The notes under the pieces are model-generated. The model did not search any database. It worked only from the letters and a program-made list of their open reading frames with translations, and was not told the origin of the DNA. DNA of 64,000 nt from Paraspadella gotoi (taxonomy: Eukaryota; Animalia; Chaetognatha). Both the position numbers and the translations under genes were made by a program. The stretch covers positions 1,177,576 to 1,241,575 of the forward strand of contig JBJCIZ010000028.1 of NCBI GenBank assembly GCA_051294375.1, in the 5' to 3' direction. This document shows, piece by piece, positions 57,231 to 64,000 of the stretch; position 1 is the stretch's first letter; every line of letters begins with the position of its first letter.

Positions 57231-60200
57231 TCAACTCCATCCTCCATTGACGAGTCTCGTCCCTGAGAATCCCGCGGGTCCCCGCTCCTCCTCTTCCTCC
57301 TTGGCCTCTTCCACGGCGATGCAGAGGGACGAATCCCCGGGCTTGTCACCCCTGGCGTTTGGGGGGAGGGGAAAGGGAACGGGGGGAGGGGAAAGGGAAC
57401 GGGGGGAGGGGAAAGGGAACGGGGGGAGGGGAAAGGGAACGGGGGGAGGGGAAAGGGAACCGGGAGAGGACGGGGATTGGGTCAAGGTTGAGATGGAAAA
57501 GTGATTGACACACTTGCTTAAGATGAGGAGTCATTCTTCTAGTGAAATCCACTAATATCTTTTTGATTTTATCAAAGGCGTATGGCAACAGCCGGGTTGC
57601 CTGTGATGCCCATTGGGATGGGGCATCTCACTATCCCACCTGACGAGGATGAGGCACTCTGGCGTGACCCCCAGATCGCCCAGCGTGCGCTCGTCCCCTT
57701 CGAGCCTGACTTTGTTTTCGTCGAAGAAGAGGTTTTGGTCAAAGGCGGCGATTTGAAACTCGGCAAAGATTCGTTTCTTCAAATCCTTGAGAGTTTCGGT
57801 GGAGGAGACTTCCACCTCTCGATCGTTACGGCGGCGGCGGGAGCGGGGAGCGGGTTTGAGGTGGGCGGGGCCGAAGGAATAGGGGAGGCCGAGGGTGCGG
57901 ATCACCTGAGAAGAAAGAAGGAAGAGGGGGAAAAGAAAGAGAAGAAAAAGAAGAGGGTAGAGAGAGAGAAGAGGAAGAAGAGGGAAGAGAGAGAAGAGGA
58001 AGAAGAGGGAAGAGAGAGAAGAGGAAGAAGAGGGAAGAGAGAGAAGAGGGAAGAGAGAGAAGAGGAAGAAGAGGGAAGAGGGAGAAAAGGGAGGACAAGG
58101 GAGAGAGAGAGAGCAGAGAGAGAAAGACGGAAATGAAAAGAAAATTTTTTTTTTTTTTGATAAAAACAACAATTTCTGGATAATTTTTATAAGACAAATG
58201 TTATGCGCGAAGTTTTTTGAAGGAAACCTAAAATCAAACAGACTCACCTCGACTTTCTTATAACAATCAATCACACGAGAAGCTTTAAATCCTCTAACCT
58301 ATCAATGCCCTGTATCAACAAATCTCTCCATCCCCTAACCTCGGACAGATCCCCGCCTTCCTCTTCGCAGTCGCCGTTTTGCTCAGCGACACCGTTAATC
58401 TTTAAGCAGTCTCCTGCAGCGCCGGGAGCGCCGCAACCAGCATCTCCATTTTCCAAGTGAACGACCTTTGCTTTGGGAGCTTCGCAATCCGACGACGCCG
58501 GTCGCTTAGATCCTCCGATAGATGAAGACGACGCCAGGCCTTCTTCTCCGCCGCCGCCGCCGTTGGCGAAAAGACCCGGTTGAAACTCGGGATCGTCCAG
58601 ATCAATTAATCCATTGTCGACGCCGTTTTCGACGCCGTTGACGCCTCCGTGAGCTTTAACGACGCCGACGCCGTCAGTTCGACACTCGGCGTCGCGATCT
58701 CCGAGTTTACGGACGAAGATTTTTCGTCGATCGAATTCGAATCTTTGACTCTGTTTCTCGGTCAACTTGAGACGTGCGCAGCGTCGGCATAGGGGCGGGT
58801 CGTAGATGAGGAGGGGAACGGCACCACCGCCGCTGCTGCTGCCGTCGCCAGCAACGAATTTCGCCGTGACTCTAGCGTCCTCTCCAACGTGAGATTTGAT
58901 GGCGTCAAGTTCGTGAGGCCAGACGAGATCGACGGAAGAATCAAGGATCGTCTGCGCCTCGAGATCGTACATCATGCGGCGGTGCGGACAGAGGAGGAGA
59001 ACGCAGGACCTTGGGACAAAAAGCTAAATCGTCAATGGAGTAATTGACAATCATTGTTGGGATTTTTGGATTGTTGGGAGGAATTCTGACTGCATTTTAT
59101 CGACTGCTCTTAATGAAATCATTCGAAAACCGCAAAATGAAACCTCCAAAACTAAAATAACTCGTCCCACATTAATTACTGCAATATGTAAATGATATTT
59201 TGACAAAACGATTTCTTACATGGAGACGGGCTGATTCTCCGCCGCGGGAAACTTAAGAAAGCGACGAAGCTGAGAGACGAAATGCCGCGGCAGCACGTGC
59301 AGCAGCGGCGACGGCGCCGCGGGATCTTTGACCATCCGATCGTAGAGCATCGCCAAGTCCGGCCTCTTCTCGTTCCTCGCCAATTCTCCCACGTGTTTCT
59401 TCAAATCGGCGGCGACGCGACGAACGATGGTCGTTGCCTCCCGCGCCTCGCGATCCTCGTCCGCGCACGACGGACAGACGGAAGAGTCTTTGGGGAATTC
59501 CTCGGCGCCGGGGAAGTAGCGGAGGAAGACGTCCCAGACGGAGCGAGGGACGAGGCGGCGGACGGACGGTTGCGGATCCAGCCGGCCGTGAGGGCAGCGG
59601 AGATCCTCGTTGAAGACGGAAATCGTTTTTTGTTGAGGCGGATGGCGGTTTTTCGCCGCTGCCGCCGCTGCCGCCGCCACCAGAGAGGAAGACGGAAGAG
59701 GCTGAAAGGCGAGAGGCAGAGGAAGCGGGATCATCGTTGGCGGCGGCGGCGGATTCGGGAAACCGCCTCTCGTCCGCTCTCGTCTTCCGGATCCTCTTCC
59801 TCGCCGCTGCAGGCGCCGCCGCCTCCTCCGACGCCGGCAAGCCGCGCCCACTGAGTGAAGGACTTCTTCCCTACCCAACAGCCCGATGATCCGTCTGGAT
59901 CGTGGGCGGCGCAGAGTCTTCTAATCTCTTTCTTCGAAGTTTCGATTTCGTTTTTGAGTTGAGTCTTTCGACAAACCTCTCGAACGCATTTCTCGCACAT
60001 GGCCGCCCGCCCGCTGAATCGCGGGCCTTCCGATCGATAACGACGATACAATTCCTCCGCCAATTTCTTTTTGATGATTTTCGTGCGAAAAACCTGGAAG
60101 GCGGAGAAAGAAGGGAAGGTGAAGGCGAGGATAAAATGGGATGATGCCTCATCAATGGATCGACCGAAAAATCTGAAAGACAATATCAGTTATGGTTGAC

Positions 60201-63200
60201 GGTACCAAGGATCCTTCAATAATTATTTTAATAAAATAATTATTTGATTTGGTACAAACAAATTGTATCCGCTTCCAGAGGCTATTTCTCTCTCTCTCTC
60301 ATATATTTACTTTCTCCGGATCGAGCTTGCCATGCTTGCAAGCGAGTTCCTTATTTCTAATCGTCTCGACAAGCTCTTCCTTGTCCGCGTCGAAGAATCC
60401 CTTTTTGAGCCAAGCTTTGCTGACGAACTCAAAGTCGTCGTCGTCGGCGTCGTCCGCCTTCAACCACATCCCTCGATGCGTCTCCAGCACGAATTCCTGG
60501 CGCCGCCGTCCGTCCGCCACGCTGTGCACCATCGCGTCCTCGCTCTGCTTGAAGGCTTCGACGAAGGCGCCGTTATCTCGCTCCACGGCCTCGCGGACGC
60601 CGGGGAAGAGGCGCTCCGGCCAAGGGAGGCGCCGGTCGAGGGCGTGCTCGAGGCGGGAGACGGTGGAAGCGGAGGATGCGAGGGAAGAGGAAGAGTTGGA
60701 AGGAGAGGAAGAGACGGTGGAGCCGCCTTCCGCCGCCGATGCGGGATCCACTCTTTTGTACCAAAGGATGTAAGCGTTGGAGGAAGCGTGATGACCTGGA
60801 GGAGGTCGTCCCTTTGGCTTAGACTGTTCCTCTTCCGCCTTAGAGAGATTCAGCTTGACAAAAGGTCCGTTGACCCGGCCGTCGTTAAAGGTGAACCAAG
60901 AGGCTTTGCTGGAGCCGTCAGAATCCGAACCGTATTCTTTAATGCAGTCGATGTAGTGGCCGCTTTTAGAGGAGCAGCCCATGTGGATCAATACTGAGAC
61001 GAGCTCATAGGCACCGGCGGCGGTGGAGTCTGTGATTGGAAAGAAGACAAGAGTTGAAAAAAGATTTGTTCTGATCGAACAAACACAGAAGGAACTTTAA
61101 AATGTCGTAATGTGGCATCCAAAGAAATAGCATTTTTGGAAACTATACTTAAAATTCAAAACAAGTTTTACAAAGGAATTGATATTCCTCACCTTTGCTC
61201 ATGTATTTTCCCAAGTCTAAATTCTCGGGAAATCGAACGCAGTCGGTGAGTTTTTGTCTGACTCTCTCGAACCCGAACCGCATGAATTGAATGCACAACA
61301 TCGGAGGCAGAGATTTGATGGAAGTCTCCAGCACGGCGTCCTGCAGCCCGCAGCTGCCGCAGCGGTACTGATTGCTGCCGCTCATCGTTTCCGAAGCGAA
61401 TTTAGTGTCGAGACAATCGTAAAGATCCTGATGAAAGCGGAAGGAGAAAGCTCGCGCGAACATTACGCACGGTTCTTTNNNNNNNNNNAAAAAGAACCGT
61501 GTACGTCTTAAGCTACAGAGGCAATATTTAATTATTCATCATGACTTTAATGGATTAATCTATTTACATTTTCACTTTTCCGATGTTACTTCCAATAATT
61601 TTTGGAATTATTCGTTCCAGTCTTTTGGTGGAGACAATTCTGTGAAGAAGATTATCTAAAGACTCATTGTTTACCGTTATTTTTTGTTTATTTGATTTAT
61701 ATCATTGTTTTCCCTTTTTACAGCCTCGTGAGCATCGTGTTATTTATTTAATAAGAAAGTAATTGTTCGAGTGCGAGTCCATCATTAACAACGACGACAA
61801 CAACAACGACAAAAACCTCCCAAGCTCCAAATTACCTTCTTCCCGTGAATCGGAAGGATGAGTTCGTAAAAAGTTTCCGAGGACTGCGACGTGATGCCGC
61901 ATTTGCAGCAGGTGATGCCCTTCGTCGATTCCCCGACAAACTCGTTCTGCATCAAATGCCGCACGTCGGGATCGGACTGCGTCTTCAGCCGCGACTCGAC
62001 GCAGCCGCGCAGCAGGCTTGAAAACTCTTCGAAATCCTGCTGCGTCTTGGGATCGATCTGGAGATAGTCGATGAGAGGGCGAGCGTTGACGATCCCGTTG
62101 ATGCTGAAAAGCATCGAAACGAAGACATACTGGAGGTTGGCGATGAGGCTGCGGAAACGAGGGGCGTCGGCGGCGGGATCTGCCGCTGCTGCGGCGGCGG
62201 CCTTCTCCTCCTCATCCTCCTCAGGATCGGAGCGAAACAAGAGATTCCTTATCGTGGGATCGTGAAACCAAAGCTGAAGACAAGAGTTGATGTAGCAGGT
62301 GCCGCCGAGATTCTCGAGCCCGACCCACTTGGACTCGAGACGCGGGAAGAAGAGATCCTCCAACTCTCTCGTCCACTGAGAATCGTCGATGTCATCCCAA
62401 CGACCTTCGCCGATGTTGTGGAGGCAGAAGGGAGAAGAGCAACGGAGGCAACGAGGCTTTTGGCGGCAACGGGGGAAGTTGAAGCAATAGGTTTGACGGA
62501 GATGGCGATCACCGATAGCGTTGAGGTCGCTGATGCTGGGGAGGGGAAGGTTAAGTTGGGAAAGTAGGAAGTGGATTTTTTAACTTAGAATTCTACCATA
62601 TTTAAAATTAATGAGAAATTATTACTTCGATCCCTTTGCGAGCGATTCAACTCCTCACCTTGCGATCCAATTCCATCTCTCGGCCTCTGGATTCTTCCGA
62701 TTCTTCATCTTCTTCGTTGGTTTATTATAATCGTCGTTGTGGTTGTTGTTGTCGTCGTCGTTGTCGTCGTTTTCCGCAAAAACGTCGTCTTGAACGGCCT
62801 CGCGATTCGTCGGTAACGGGTGACGCTTCCGACGGCGACCGGACCACGGAACGGAGACTGCAGTGGACAGTTGGGTTAAAAATCAGACATTTCACATTCA
62901 AGTCCAAAAATACAAAACTTGGGTAATATATGAGCTCAGAACCGCCGCCCCTTCTGTTTGAAGAAACAAAAAAAAAACCTAAAGAATCGACGTCGTCGTC
63001 GGCAGCGTCCTTGACCGCTTCAGCAGCAGCGTCTGCAGCAGCTTCGGCAGCAGCTTCGGCGACGACGTGATCGAAATCGGTGATCAAACTTCGTCGAATT
63101 GCTTCTTCCAATTCCTCCTCTTCAGACGCAGCGAGACCTTAAGACAAACCAAATCTCATACATTAAATATCACTAAATAAATATCATCACAAAATACTAT

Positions 63201-63402
63201 CACAAATTATCACGGAAACGAAAATCGCATAGCTTATAACGTAGCATTAACTTAACAACACATCAAACGTTAAAAAAGTCAAAATAAACATCACTAATAA
63301 CGAAATTCTATCATAAACGCTTGACCCACTACCTGCTTCAACATCCTGCAGCATTTCTGGGAAGGACCGCAGCAACCGCAAAGTCTCCGAGATGGAATTC
63401 AT
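57231..63402 (-). CDS. USP48: Ubiquitin carboxyl-terminal hydrolase 48-like (USP, DUSP and C-terminal UBL domains)
   Basis: Cys box VGLENLGGTCYINS, QQDFEEFS, His box HMGCSSKSGHYIDCI..WFTFND, ACKHGKLDP, FNEDLRCPHG, UBL VSSTETLKDLKKRI..FDQNL and the terminal GFSGTRL. Three upstream exons are phase-compatible back to ATG 63402. Confidence 0.9.
57359..57462. repeat. 20-bp purine-rich tandem repeat x5 next to the last USP48 acceptor
   Basis: GGGGGGAGGGGAAAGGGAAC units. Confidence 0.9.
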
Positions 63403-64000
63403 GAGTCAGTTGAGTCATGGTGGGTATTTTTCCAAGTGGGACTTCGCAAGGCTGAGGATATGCTGGGGATCGGCTGAGGATCGGCTGGGGATCTTCTAGA
63501 GTCTAGGGATATGAGGCTGATTCGGTTGGCGATTTCGTGACAAGGCTGATCGGATTTTAAATTCTACAAAATTCTGGAAAATGTTAAATCTATGAAACGA
63601 CGGTACCTATATATCGACAATTTATAAATAAGCGAAAATATGTAGAAAACAAAAACAGTAATTCGAAAAGTAGGTAATTTAAATACATCGTCATGAGACG
63701 CCTTGTATATGCTATATGGCACAGCAGCATTTAGAAACCCCGGCATTTCAGGACAGTAGCATCAAGACGACGCTGCGAATCGAACCTGTCGCAAATAAAC
63801 GCCGTTGAAATTCATCAACGCCGCATCGCTACAAAGTCGCCGTCAATCCATCAATGCGACAAATCCTCAAATTTGGTGCAGAAACTTATTCAAAATAAAA
63901 TCCCGTCCCGACCTCGTGAAAGCGCAGTCGGCACGGCGCTTCACCGAGTGAATGTCTCGTCTTATTTCGGTGCGGGCGGCGCCGTCTCCTGTCCCTGCCG

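Noticed and set aside
57905-58135. Lys/Glu/Arg-rich or Leu/Ser/Phe-rich coding segment
   Set aside because: Purine-rich low-complexity intron sequence upstream of a USP48 acceptor; the same applies to ~55330-55570 and ~1200-1330.
63760-64000. Possible exon of a neighbouring gene at the right edge
   Set aside because: GC-richer than its flanks, with one open plus-strand frame, but no recognisable motif and truncated; not supportable.

Overview
Gene-dense animal (probably protostome invertebrate) nuclear DNA with GC-rich exons, AT-rich introns and three short N gaps. Twelve intron-containing protein genes can be reconstructed by eye, all on the minus strand: TMEM62 (runs off the left edge), prolyl 3-hydroxylase, a ZDHHC2/15/20-type palmitoyltransferase, tamozhennic/SPATA2-like, a C2H2 zinc-finger protein, LRMDA-like, CCHCR1-like, OGT, ATG16L1, KCTD5-like, a SPOP-like MATH-BTB gene (apparent 1-nt frameshift) and USP48. 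Four non-routine signals stand out. (1) A complete 707-bp miniature LTR retrotransposon (TRIM) has a GTAC target duplication, a tRNA-Trp primer-binding site, a PPT and a tRNA-like Pol III A/B-box module inside each LTR; it is inserted into the terminal repeat of a MITE in an ATG16L1 intron. (2) A recurrent 'splice-site echo' pattern appears in about nine introns of four genes, where an exon edge plus its splice site is tandemly duplicated into the intron and decays with distance. (3) All 12 genes are co-oriented. (4) An octamer-containing ~26-bp motif is dispersed about ten times. Gene identities come from remembered family motifs, not database searches, and exon boundaries are manual.
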